Positions 22,405 to 33,969 of a stretch of DNA of 64,000 bases are shown one piece after another. How positions within the stretch are numbered: position 1 is the stretch's first letter; the number at the start of each line of letters is the position of its first letter. The stretch is taken from contig OZ024754.1 of the NCBI GenBank assembly GCA_964016885.1, forward strand, positions 26,040,001 through 26,104,000. Reading direction: 5' to 3'. A program made the translations under genes and the position numbers. The DNA is from Eledone cirrhosa (taxonomy: Eukaryota). The notes below the pieces were generated by a model. That model did no database searches. It was not told the origin of the DNA and saw only the letters and a list, made by a program, of their open reading frames with translations.

Positions 22405-25217
22405 ACCCCAGACACCTCCACCTCAGACACCCCACCAAACATCTCCGTCCCCACCCCGCCGGAAACCACCACCCACCCAGACAACTCCTCTAACACCCCC
22501 ATGGAAACCGTGCGGCCTGATCCCCGGGAGACGAAGAGGTGAGTGTTTTCTTCTCCTCTTTTAACTTTTCAGAACCAACATGGCCAATATAAGAGTTGGG
22601 TGTGTGAATGAACGCGGCCTGGGGATGCCCTGGAAACAACCTCAGGTTGCACAGTATGGATGTAGTAGCCATTTGCGAGTCCAGGATCCACAGCGAGCGA
22701 CAGCTGGCCCCCATCTTCGATGACTTTGAGATCTACGCATCTCTCTGTCAGCCGGGGGGTGGGGGCGGGGTTGCCGTTTTGCTGCGGAAACACCTGGATT
22801 AGCACTTTAGTTAAACAGCACTTGACAGGGACCATTGTCAAGTTCTGCGAAAAGCCGATTTCAGCCGCTGAGATAGGGGACGCGTTGAGCCAATGCGGCA
22901 AACGCAAATCTCCAGGTCTCGACGGTATACCCTACGAATTTTACGTAGCAATGCCGGACTTATTCTCCGGTCTCCCGGAAGCGGTCTACTGCAACTGGCA
23001 ACAGAACGGGAGAATTTCCAGTTCTGTGACTGGGGGTGTAGTCACACTAGTCAGGAAGGACGAGAATAAGGGGGATGACATAGGCAACTTCCGGCCCATA
23101 ACTCTGCTAAACACAGAGTTACAGATTTTGGCCAAGGTGTTTGCAAAGAGGCTGGCGCTTGTCGTCGAGAACCTGGTGGGAGAAGCGCAGACATGTGCAA
23201 TCCCAACCAGGTCCATACACGACAACCTCCACCTCATGCGATACATCATAGAGAGGGTAGGGTGTAAACCCGGCTTCGGTGGGGCCCTGATCAACTTGGA
23301 TCAGTCTAAGGCTTTCGATAGGGTTGACCATCGTTACCTGGATGCAGTGCTCGAGGCGGCAGGCTTCGGACCCGTGTTCAGGGGCTGGATTGCTCCAATG
23401 CATAACAGCAACATCTGCTCAAGGGTTAAGGTGAACGGCTACCTCTCGGAGCCGTTCCATATAACGCGATCCATTCGACAGGGATGCCCCCTCTCCTCCG
23501 TTCTGTACGTATTGACTCTCGAGCCACTACTGCGGAAGTTGGAGCTATTGCAGGGAATCCCTCTGGAACCGGGACTGCGGAAAGAGGCGTCGGCCTACGC
23601 CGACGACTTGACAGTTGTGGTGTCGAGCGCCTCGCAAATCGAGGAAGTCGGCACCTTACTGAAGGAAAACGAAAGGTTCACAGTAGCGAAGCTGAACCGG
23701 GACAAGTCCATCGGTTTGCAACTCGGATCGTGTAGAGGCAAACCGATGCCTTCCGATGGCGTCGTCGGACGCTGGACGGAAGGACCAGTAAAGCTGCTCG
23801 GGGTCTGGTTTGGTCCGGACCTCCAGGTGGAGAAGAACTGGAACGAGGTGTCGGCCAAGGTGTTTGCACTCACCCAGAAGTGGGCCGAGTGCAAACGATC
23901 CTTGAAAGGTCGAGCGGAGGTGGCGAACACTTTTATAGCGTCCGCCATCTACTACCGCTTGACCGTCGTGCCTTGTCCAGCCAAAACGCTCGCCAAAATG
24001 GAGCGCGCGCTTTTCCAATTCCTTTGGAAGAGGCGGGCTCCTTTGGTGAGAAGATCCATCTGCTGCCAACACCCTTCTAACGGAGGGCTGGGGATTCCGT
24101 GGCTGACGATGCGCAAACACGCGCTCAGGCTGCGGTATCTCTACGTATTCCTCACCGGACAACCGGTGTGGGCCCCGTTCGTGAGGCGAGCCTTCCCACG
24201 ACTCGTCTCGCTGACCGAGCTGCAGTCCTGGGTCAAGCAAAGACCGAGGAAAATGGGCGACTGGCACATCGAATGTGCTCAGGCGCTCACAGCCCTCTGG
24301 CAGGCGGACTTGGCGATCAGTGGAGACTCCACTTCGTCATTCTATAGAGGGTTGATCCGCAGCAAGTGCGACGATGTGCTCGGTGAAACTCTGGGCGTAG
24401 AGGAAGACGAACTGGCCAGTCTGTTCGGTAGGACCTTCCGCCCGGGACCGATAGACAACTTCCAAAAGTCCCTGGCCTGGCAGTGCTACCGAGGAGCTCT
24501 ACCAGTTCGAGACAAGCTCTACAGACATGGGCGCCCGGGCAGGGACCCTGCAAAAAAGATCTGTCCGAGGTGCGTACGAGACGAAGAAACCGTCGCGCAC
24601 GCATTCATACACTGCCCGGGCGTCACCGACTTGTGGGGCTATGTGGAACGACTATTGTCGCGGGTGGGACCGATCCAGTTGACCACCGAGTCCATTGTCA
24701 TGATCAAACCGCCACCCTCCTTCAAAAACGAAGGAGAGGCGGTTTTCCTTTGTGTGATAGCTATGGCGAAAGAGGTTGTATGGTGGACAAGGTTGAAAGG
24801 GCTGAGGTCAGACACCTTTCTCTCCGGCCGGCAACTGATTCTTTTTTTCAAATACCACTTTGGAAGAAGAATCAGGATGGAGAGAGAGGTGCTGTACCCC
24901 AGCAAGTTTTATGAAAGGTGGGTGAAAGTGGCGAGAATGGCCCGAGTGAATGGGCCTTCTCTCTATATCAGCCTGTAGGTTGAGGAAAAAGAGAAGGAGA
25001 GGAAAGGAGTACAAACTCTTTGTACTCCTGGAGATGAGGGTTGCACATTTTGTTTTCGGGGGTATGTGTTATCCATATGTAATGTCTCCCCCTATTGGGG
25101 AAAATCGATTAATTTTTAAATTGCATTTGTGATAATATTTTACACGTTTTTATTGTATGTAAACTTCCCCCTTTGTATTTGTCCCCTTCTTTTGTGCCCC
25201 TGTGGCTAATAAAGAAA
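22401..25217 (+). mobile_element. L1/Tx1-clade LINE, 5'-truncated with internal deletions of the endonuclease
   Basis: RT ORF 22720-24978 (FRPITLLN, LDQSKAFDRV, RQGCPLS, YADD, CPRC...H..C) closely similar to 58650-62111; AATAAA at 25208; starts at a (TC)n tract. Confidence 0.9.
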
Positions 25218-27477
25218 CATATCTGGTTATCTTGTACCTCTCTCTGTATAACGACCTATCTCACTCTCTCTATATATATCTCCCTTTCTTTCTTTAGATG
25301 TATATGTATGTGCGTGTGATATATATATAGAGAGAGAGTTGCAACATGTATGTAGTTTCATAGATTTTTGAGGGTAGTGAGAATAAAAATATAAACAGAG
25401 CATATAAATAAATTTACAGTAGAATAACATAACAAATATGTTTTAAATATATACATAAATAACATTACAAATGCCTCGGTAACACTACAAAGGATGATAC
25501 AATGAAAGATATATTCCTTCAATGCTACAATATTAAAGAAAATGTAAAGGAAGGGGTGAACAACGGAGCCAACACCAGAGCAAAAGACAGCAACGTCACG
25601 AGTACTGGGCAACCCCTCTAATGATTTTTGAGGCAAGCCAGCAGACTCGCAGTGTTGCCTCGGGTGATGGCGAGGCTGATGCGCTGAAATATTGTTTTAA
25701 AAGACTTTTTAATGGAAATGAAGCAAAATGGAAGCTTAATGTTGAAACTTCGAACTCATGAATTTTGCTGGCCCGAAAACTGTTCGCGTATTTTTGTACC
25801 TTTGCACGTTTATTCGTAACGTAAATAGATAAACAAATGACGCCATAAAAGGGAAATAACTCGTCTCTCATCTCTATACATTTGAACTGAAAAATCAATA
25901 CATTACAAATTCGATTTTTGCACTTGGCGTTGGTCGATTTGAAAATGCTTTTGACCGATGTCTCTGCCGGACCTTCATCTATAAGTGTAGCACTTTCACC
26001 CAAATTTGAACGTACGGTTTAGATGTGTGCCGACTGTTTTAGTAGACAGACAGAAAACCTCAGTTTTATATATCTGTTAGAACACGAAAAGTGTGAAACA
26101 ACAGAATGTTCACTTTTCGTGTTCTAACATATATGCCTAGCTTTTATAAAAAATTTTCGGGGATAGCCGTGGTGGTGGTGATCGTATGTCATTGGCTAAT
26201 TTTCAACCAATCAGAGTACCTCTCTCTATATCTCTTCCACTGTTACTTACGCCTGTTTCTCTCTATCTGTTCCGTCTCTATATATATCTCTTACTCTTTC
26301 GCTTTGCACTCCTCCCCTTCAATACCATCTCTCCCCCTCTCTATATATTTGTTACTCTATCGCTGCACGCTCCTCTCCTTCAATATATCAATTACACACG
26401 CTTTACACTCCTTTATCCCCAGCGCCCCTATATATACACCCCCCCTCTCCCGCATCTATATTTTAATGTACCGTTGCACCGTGAATATATGTGTCTATAT
26501 ATATATACATATATATTGTATATACACATTCATGTATGTGTATACACACTCATGTATGTATATACACTGGTTTTATGTGTGTATTGTAAATTTGTACTGT
26601 TAAAACACGAAACTAACATTCGATTGACACTTTGATTACCTGTACAGGCAATAGTTATTAGAATGCTGTTGAAGTGTGTATATATTTTTGGGGGACATCC
26701 TGTATATACACACATTATATATAATACAATAAACAGATAAATACACACATATATATATGAGCTTATTTAATTATAAATATTGTGAATTTTTAACTCAGTT
26801 CAATTATATATATAAATGGCTTCTACAGGACTAGAACTGTTTCATTCGAAAGAAATCATCATAATATTGAGAGGGGGGACTAGATAAAATATTTCAAATC
26901 AAATGTGTATAAGTTATAAGTTAAAATGTATAAATAGAGACGATAGTGGAGGTATATCTGTTTAGTGGAACAGTAGACGATAGAATTAAATACAGACGAT
27001 AATCTCCCTTTAATGAAACAGCAGACGATAGAATTAAGGCAATTTAAATTTTAAGCATTTGCATTTTTGCCTTTCATCGTTACGGGGTCGATAAAATAAA
27101 GTACCAGTAATACACTGTCACTAGACGACTTTCAAATTGAATTGTTGGTTCCATTTCTTTAGTATTTTCAATTGTAGTTATCTACTTAAAAAGCGTTACA
27201 CGGTTAGAGACATAATTCGTAAGTTATATCTTCCCTATTAAACCATTGCATTATTTCGCCTACAATAGAACAAAAATGAAATGTTCTTTAAAGAAACAGG
27301 AATATAACTTTATAAAAAAAAAAGTTGCATCCGCTTCTTTTATCATTGATAATTTTTTCGTTTTAATATTAATTGTTTTTTGTAGTTGTTTATATTAAAA
27401 ATCTTACTGTAATATTTACTTAAACGAAGGCAAACATCTAAACTTATAGATTAATCTTGAGCGAAGGACTAGATAAA

Positions 27478-27524
<47 letters not shown>

Positions 27525-28639
27525 GAAGAATGATAAAATTTCAAGCAAAGAGTTTAATTAGGTATATTTTGTAATATTATTAACTAATTATTATAATTAA
27601 CGCGCATATTTTGCTATCCTCAAACACGTTTTACACATGGCATGAAATATAACTAATCCGAGATGGCTAGGTTTCATCTTCTAACTGGATATAAGAAATC
27701 CATTATGTCTTGACAACAACATGAGGTAACATTATGTTATTCACAGACACACTTTGTACACTGTTCCATATCAGAATGTATTTCCGTCGTCACATTCACA
27801 AACAGTATTGAAAATATGTTCTTCGGCAAATAAAAATGTTTTGTTCATAATATTTCAACTAGCGATTGCTCTACTCCACGCACGACCACCATAAATTAAT
27901 GACCAGCTCAACACAAGTATTGGTAGAGCGTCAGACACCATGCTTTGCAGTATTGTTATGGTCCTTTGCATTCTAAGTTCAAATCCTGCCGAGGTTAACT
28001 TCGACTTTCATACTTACTAATTCGATAAAATAAAGTACCAGTAATGGACTGCCGTAATGGATTTGTGCCGAAAAATAGAAACACTATTAATGTGCAATAA
28101 GAGCAAAATATAACGACATTGCTCAATTATTTTATCTAATGTTGTAATAACACAAGGAAATGTTGTTTGTGTATTTTTTTTTATATTTGCTCATAGGCTT
28201 TTACAATTTCGCTCAGCCAACAACTATTAAAAAGTGAGTTGCTTAAGATAACAATTTAATCACAAATTGTTGCTATCTTTTAATACACTCCAACAAGTCA
28301 TCAAATTATGTACAATAAAAACAAATCTTATTAATTTGCTCAGGGAATATAAAGAAAATGTATATACACTGATAATTGCAATTGTATGTAAATATTTTGT
28401 TTTTGTATTGTATATTTTATGTTTTCTATTATGTATAATATATTGATTTAATATTGATTGTTTTTTGTAGTTGTTTATATTAAAAGTCTGAAAATATTTT
28501 TAGACATCTTACACTAATATTTATAAGATAATTTATAATAACAATTACATAATCTAATTACATTACAACGATAATTTATTATTAATATATATCCTGTTTA
28601 ACTAGAGTTATTACAAGCGTTGCCTTAAAAAAATATTAA

Positions 28640-29596
28640 ACTAGACATGAAAAATGCGCAAGCTCAAAAGTGCCACAGAATGTTATAATAAACCTTCAAA
28701 AGTGTGGGACTAGAGTTGTTGCTAAAAAATATTGTAATCATTATATATCGTACATTCTGTGGCATCCTTTATAAAAATAGCTTAAACCAACGAAGCCTTT
28801 ATTTTTACGCTATTTCACTTAGTTAATTCTTAGAGTGTAACATATAAAAATAAATACATCTATGTTTAATGTAATAACAGCTATAAATAATTACGTAATA
28901 TTATTATCATATACTCATAGTAACAAAATAATTGTGTTGAAACTTAATATGATGCTTATATGAACGATCAAATCTATAATGATAATTTCTTAAATATACT
29001 AATAGTAAAATAATTTAGTTATCTATTGTTACATTTTCATAGAACTATAATATTAACAATCGTATTGCATTATCAAATTTTTATCACTACAAACTTTCAT
29101 ATTGGAATTACCTTAAGCCACTTATTATTACTTCGCTTTCGTACTTTTACAGCTGTAGATATTGCGCTGTATCTTATATCTAATATCAATATCTCGTGGT
29201 AATTTGCATGAAGTGTAAAATAGGTTTATTAATAACTTTAATATGAAATGTATTATACAGGGCTGTGGAGTCGGCCAAAAATTGACTGGCTCCAACTCAG
29301 GATCCGATACTCCATTATTTCCTAAATTTCAGCTCCGCAGCTCTGTTATTATATTAATTAATTTATTTTATAGTTGTAAATCATATTTTTATATGTTACA
29401 CTCTAAGAATTAACTAAGTGAAATAGCGTAAAAATAAAGGCTTCGTTGGTTTAAGCTATTTTTATAAAGGATGCCACAGAATGTACGATATATAATGATT
29501 ACAATATTTTTTAGCAACAACTCTAGTCCCACACTTTTGAAGGTTTATTATAACATTCTGTGGCACTTTTGAGCTTGCGCATTTTTCATGTCTAGT
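28640..29596. mobile_element. Fold-back/MITE with 213-bp perfect terminal inverted repeats
   Basis: 28640-28852 is the reverse complement of 29384-29596; AT-rich non-coding interior; possible TA target. Confidence 0.85.
29258..29345. mobile_element. Tiny hAT-type MITE nested in the fold-back
   Basis: TIRs CAGGGCTGTGGAG / CTCCGCAGCTCTG; 7/8 TSD (G/T)TATTATA. Confidence 0.65.
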
Positions 29597-29675
29597 ATAG
29601 ATATGTTTACACAGACGAGAAAACTATATATTCTCGACTGTCTTCTAGTCCAGCAGTAGCAAGTGGTCGGAGGGT

Positions 29676-29715
29676 CGACCTGACGAAGGCCAGTCAAGCC
29701 AGAAATGCATAGACG
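29676..29715 (+). ncRNA. Minimal hammerhead, retrozyme-like unit copy 1 (29605-29865)
   Basis: CGAC CTGACGA aGGC cagtcaa GCCa GAAA TGCA TA GACG; closed distally by GTCCAGCAG/CTGCTGGAC. Confidence 0.7.
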
Positions 29716-30558
29716 CTTGTTCCCCTTGCTTCTGCTGGACACCACCGGTGTTTGCATAGCTACGGCTTCCTAAAACCGTGTTTCTTTAGAAATATGAAAT
29801 TTCTATACATATTTGTATAAAGCTATGGTTGAAGCGAAATACTATTTCTATTCTATTATAAGTTGATATATATATAAAATTAAAAGAACAAGGAAATAAT
29901 AGACAAAAATATACCTATTTTTTTCTTCAAAGTCTCGACTGCAGTTTCGCCGTATCCACTTGCTGCAATTTATGCACTATAGAAATGCACCATTGGTGTG
30001 AGATTGATAAGGCTTATATATATATATATATATATATATATACAACAGTTTCTGTCTACCAAATTTCTTCAAATACACTTGTCCTGATCAACACAAGTCT
30101 ATAGTAAAATACACTTGCCCACATATTTACTCTATATTTCTTCATCCTTTACACCAAATTCACTCTACCTTCTTACATTCTATCTCTCTCTCTAAATAGG
30201 GTCAACTTCTATTCTTTTGATTGTTTTATAAGCCAATTTTGGCAATGTCACTGTTATATTTGTAAAATAAATATTTCACTCTATTCTCATATTCCCGGTA
30301 TTGAGTTCTTTCAGTTAATGTTTGTTGTTAAAATATGTGTGTGTAATTCTATTAGTCGTTACTCTAAATTTCATGTTCTGTATTTTGTATGGTTTCAGAT
30401 ATTAAAAGACACACATATGTATATGTATATATATATATATATGTATAGAAATTTCATATTTCTAAAGAAACACCGTTACAGGGTAAACATTTAGGAAGCC
30501 ATAGCTATGCAAACATCGGGACTAACGCCCTCTGGTGGTGTCCAGCAGAAGGGGAACA

Positions 30559-30603
30559 ACCATCTATACATTTCAAGACTTGACTGGTCTTCATCAGGAT
30601 GGT
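30559..30603 (-). ncRNA. Minimal hammerhead, retrozyme-like unit copy 2 (30441-30761)
   Basis: Minus strand: ACCATC CTGATGA AGAC cagtcaa GTCT t GAAA TGTA TA GATGGT. Confidence 0.75.
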
Positions 30604-30790
30604 CCCACCCATGCTTGCAACTGCTGGACTTGATGATAGTCGAGAATATATAGTTTTCTTGTCTGTGTAAATGAGGTGATTAATCTCATTTGCATATGAA
30701 GCTGCATAAGTTGGCTCTACTTATAATAGAATAGAAATAGGATTTAACTTCAAGCATAGCTCAAGTCCAGCAGTTGCAAACATGGGAGGC

Positions 30791-30834
30791 ACTGTCCTGA
30801 TGAAGACCAGTCAAGTCTGAAATGCATAGACTGT
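30791..30834 (+). ncRNA. Minimal hammerhead, retrozyme-like unit copy 3 (30762-30976)
   Basis: ACTGTC CTGATGA AGAC cagtcaa GTCT GAAA TGCA TA GACTGT. Confidence 0.8.
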
Positions 30835-31108
30835 TGACCCCCTTACTTCAGCTGGAACCACCAGAGGGCGTTAGCCCCATTGTTTGCATAGTTACGGCTT
30901 CCTAAATGTTTACCCTGTAAACATACCATGTTTCTTTAGAAATCCGAAATTTCTATACATATCTGTATACAGCTATAGATAGATAGATAGATAGATAGAT
31001 ATATAGAAAAAAAAAGGACCATATATCGTATAGAATACACAATATATTGTATATATACTAATTACATATTTCAGAGAGGAATATGTACTCAAGATGGAAT
31101 CAGTAGAG

Positions 31109-31230
31109 ACCCTATAGCACTATTTCTTATTCAGTAGACTGTAATTTAAAATAAAAATATGTAATCAATTATCGATCACAAACTATCGATTATGATTAAA
31201 CCACAGAGACTAAGAATACTCTTCAGGGGT
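31109..31230 (-). ncRNA. Type I hammerhead motif with ~90-nt stem II
   Basis: Minus strand: ACCC CTGAAGA gTATTC...GAATAa GAAA TAG tg CTA TA GGGT; insert is itself self-complementary (CTGTGGTTTAA/TTAAATTACAG). Confidence 0.7.
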
Positions 31231-31541
31231 ATAGTCTCAGAATACTATGAAGAATATAGATGCAAAAATAGTATATAAACCAATATACATGTCGATATCC
31301 AGAGATAACTCCAATGAAACTCACCATGCTGAAAACCGTATGATGTGACTACGTTAAACCCAAAGCACAAAAGTGGATATTTATTCCGCTAGAGAGAGAT
31401 GTAGAAATTATAATCACCTCAGCTCAACAAGTTAAGAGTTTTGGAGCTGATATATACAAATGTGAGGAATCAAAGCATAAGAAATATGTTAGAATTTTGT
31501 GCTTCTCAATAAACAAGCTCAATAGACTTGGATGAAATAAT

Positions 31542-31733
31542 TGTTTCTACTTTTGGCACAAGGCCAGCAATTATTCCAGTGCATTACTGGTACTTTATTT
31601 TATCGACCCCGTAAGGATGAAAGGCAAAGTTAACCTCGGCGGGATTTGAACTCAGATCATAAAGGGAGGTAACTCTATGCTTCAAAGCATGGCGTCCGAC
31701 CCTTACCGATACTGCCAATCCACCGCCCTCTAA
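31542..31733 (-). mobile_element. tRNA-derived SINE family A with TSD
   Basis: 18-bp TSD AGACTTGGATGAAATAAT. Confidence 0.9.
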
Positions 31734-32049
31734 AGACTTGGATGAAATAATGAATACATATATCTTATATATAATGATTGGAAGACTGTGAGACTGTGTC
31801 AGGGATATTTCTTCTGAACACATTCTTAAAATAAGTTCAATTACTTTGAATATATATAAATACTCGAAAAGAAAGGTTTTATTCAAAAGGTGTATTTTAT
31901 TATTTAGTCAGCTTCCATAGAAAGCAAACAATTACTGTATATGGCAGAAATAAATATAGAAAAACGTGCTCTCACCAAACTACTTAATTAGTGGTTGTTT
32001 TTCTTTTTAAATTGTCAATAACAATATACAGAGAGGGTAGTAGGGTACC

Positions 32050-32405
32050 AGTTGGTCAGTTAGTGTTGGTTGGTTGGCTGGCTGGCTGGCTGAATGGTGT
32101 ATTGGTTGACTGGTTGGATGGTGTCTTGAGTAGTAAGCTGGTTAGTTGTTTGGTTGGTGTGTTAGTTGATTGGTGTATTGGTCAATTGGCCAGTGTATTG
32201 GTAGGCTGATTAGTTGTTTGGTTGGTGTGTTAATTGGTTGATGTATTGGTCAATTGGCCAGTATGTTGGTTGGCTGATTGGTTCGTTGGTTGTTTGGCGT
32301 ATTGGTTGGTGGGTTGGCTACTTGGTTGGTTTGTCGATTGGTTGACTGGTTGGTTGGATGGATGGATGGATGAGTGGATGGTGTATTGGTTGGCTGACTG
32401 GTTGA
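32050..32405. repeat. Degenerate (TTGG)n microsatellite
   Basis: GGTT/GGCT/GGAT tetranucleotide runs. Confidence 0.85.
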
Positions 32406-32614
32406 TTTTGAGGTGTAAAAACTATTTGATAAGAACATTATTTAAGTATATTGTTGTGGTACTATAGAGGTGGACTGTGTAGGTGGGGAGTAGGGAATAT
32501 GTCCCTTGTGCAAACCCAAATAATTTCAGCTTTTCAAAATTTAATCGTGGATGTGTGTATGTGTGTTTATTTCTGTGTGCATGTGTATATGTGTGTGCCT
32601 CCACTGATGTGTAG

Positions 32615-33140
32615 CAGCATAGGGATTTGGATAGTAGGCCACACAAATATTAGAGGAAATAGGAAAGTAGTCGAATTAGCAAAAGAAGGAACACAAAGGG
32701 AAATAATAGATATAGACTACATCCCAAATCTTTCGCAGGTAAAATCATTTAGCAAACAAATAATTAGTCAAGGGTGAGAAATATTTTGGGAAGAATCCAG
32801 AGATAAGCTCACAAATTTCAATCCCTCACTTTCTCAACCATATTTGGCAACATTTAAAACTTTTCGATCATTGAGTAATGCAAATAAAAAAAAGATTATG
32901 CTGGCTTCAAATTAGACCTATCAAGAACAGGTTGTAGAGATTCACCTCTATGTTCTTGTGGTGACTCTCCAGAAACTCTTTGGCATTATTTGTTCCAAAG
33001 TAGAAACTATCAGTCTGAGAGAGAGGTCATGCTGAAACCAATCTTTAAAAAACTACCAAGATTGGAAGGTCAATATTTGATTACAGGTTTACCAAATATA
33101 AACAAAATCTTTAACTTCGTGGAAGCTATAAAAAGATTCA
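32615..33140 (+). mobile_element. 3' fragment of an RNase H-containing LINE (I/Nimb/R1-like)
   Basis: WIVGHTNIRGNRKVVELAKEG resembles the RNase H C-terminus; downstream CSCG...ETLWHYL zinc-knuckle remnant. Confidence 0.6.
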
Positions 33141-33969
33141 ACAGGAACTTGTTTTACAGCTTCCCTTGTTTCCTCTTTTCTTTTTCGTTTTCTTATGCAT
33201 AATCTGCCTTCCATTGGCCTTCAATATTTGAAATTTTATTTTTATTATTTTACTTTTTCCCTTTTTTTTTATTTTAGTTCTTTTTTTTCTTTTTTCTTTT
33301 TTATTACTTGTCTCATTGGCTTTTTTTGATTACCAACTGTAAGAAGTACTCGATACTTTCCCTAGTCTGTCATGGCTTACTAGCTCTATGCGGACGTTTA
33401 AATTGAATGAATAAATAAATATACATGTGTGAGTGAGTATATGTGTTTGTGTGAGTATGTGTGTGTTTGTGTGAGTGAGTGTGTTTGTGTGTGAGAGAGA
33501 GAGGAGGAAATAACTGAAATTGTAAAACAAGAGATGAGAAAAAAAAGAAATTAACATAAAAAATGTCTCCAAGACAACGAAAATATCTCCGAGACTGCAA
33601 AAATATCTCCAAGACAACAAAAATATTTCCAAGACTGCAGAAATATCTTGAGATTGAAAAAAATGCATTTCTGTTAAAGATTGATAAATCTGTGTATATG
33701 TATAGTTGTCTGTGCACAAAGATGTTTGTGTATACACAGCGTGTGTACATAGTGTAGTGTATGTATATTTGTATAAGTACACTGTATGTCTATCTATATA
33801 TGGTTGTGTGTGTAAAGTGTGTATGAATTGGTGTATGTATACAGCACATGAGTATGTTAGTGTATGTACACAAATGTATGTTTGTTTATGTCCACAATGC
33901 ATGTGTATATATATGTATGCTTGTGTATGTCTGTGCGTGTATGTGTAAGTCAAACCCCAAAAATATATA

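Noticed and set aside
25440-26075. Possible Helitron-like repeat
   Set aside because: Only vague terminal resemblance; no hairpin-CTAG end found.
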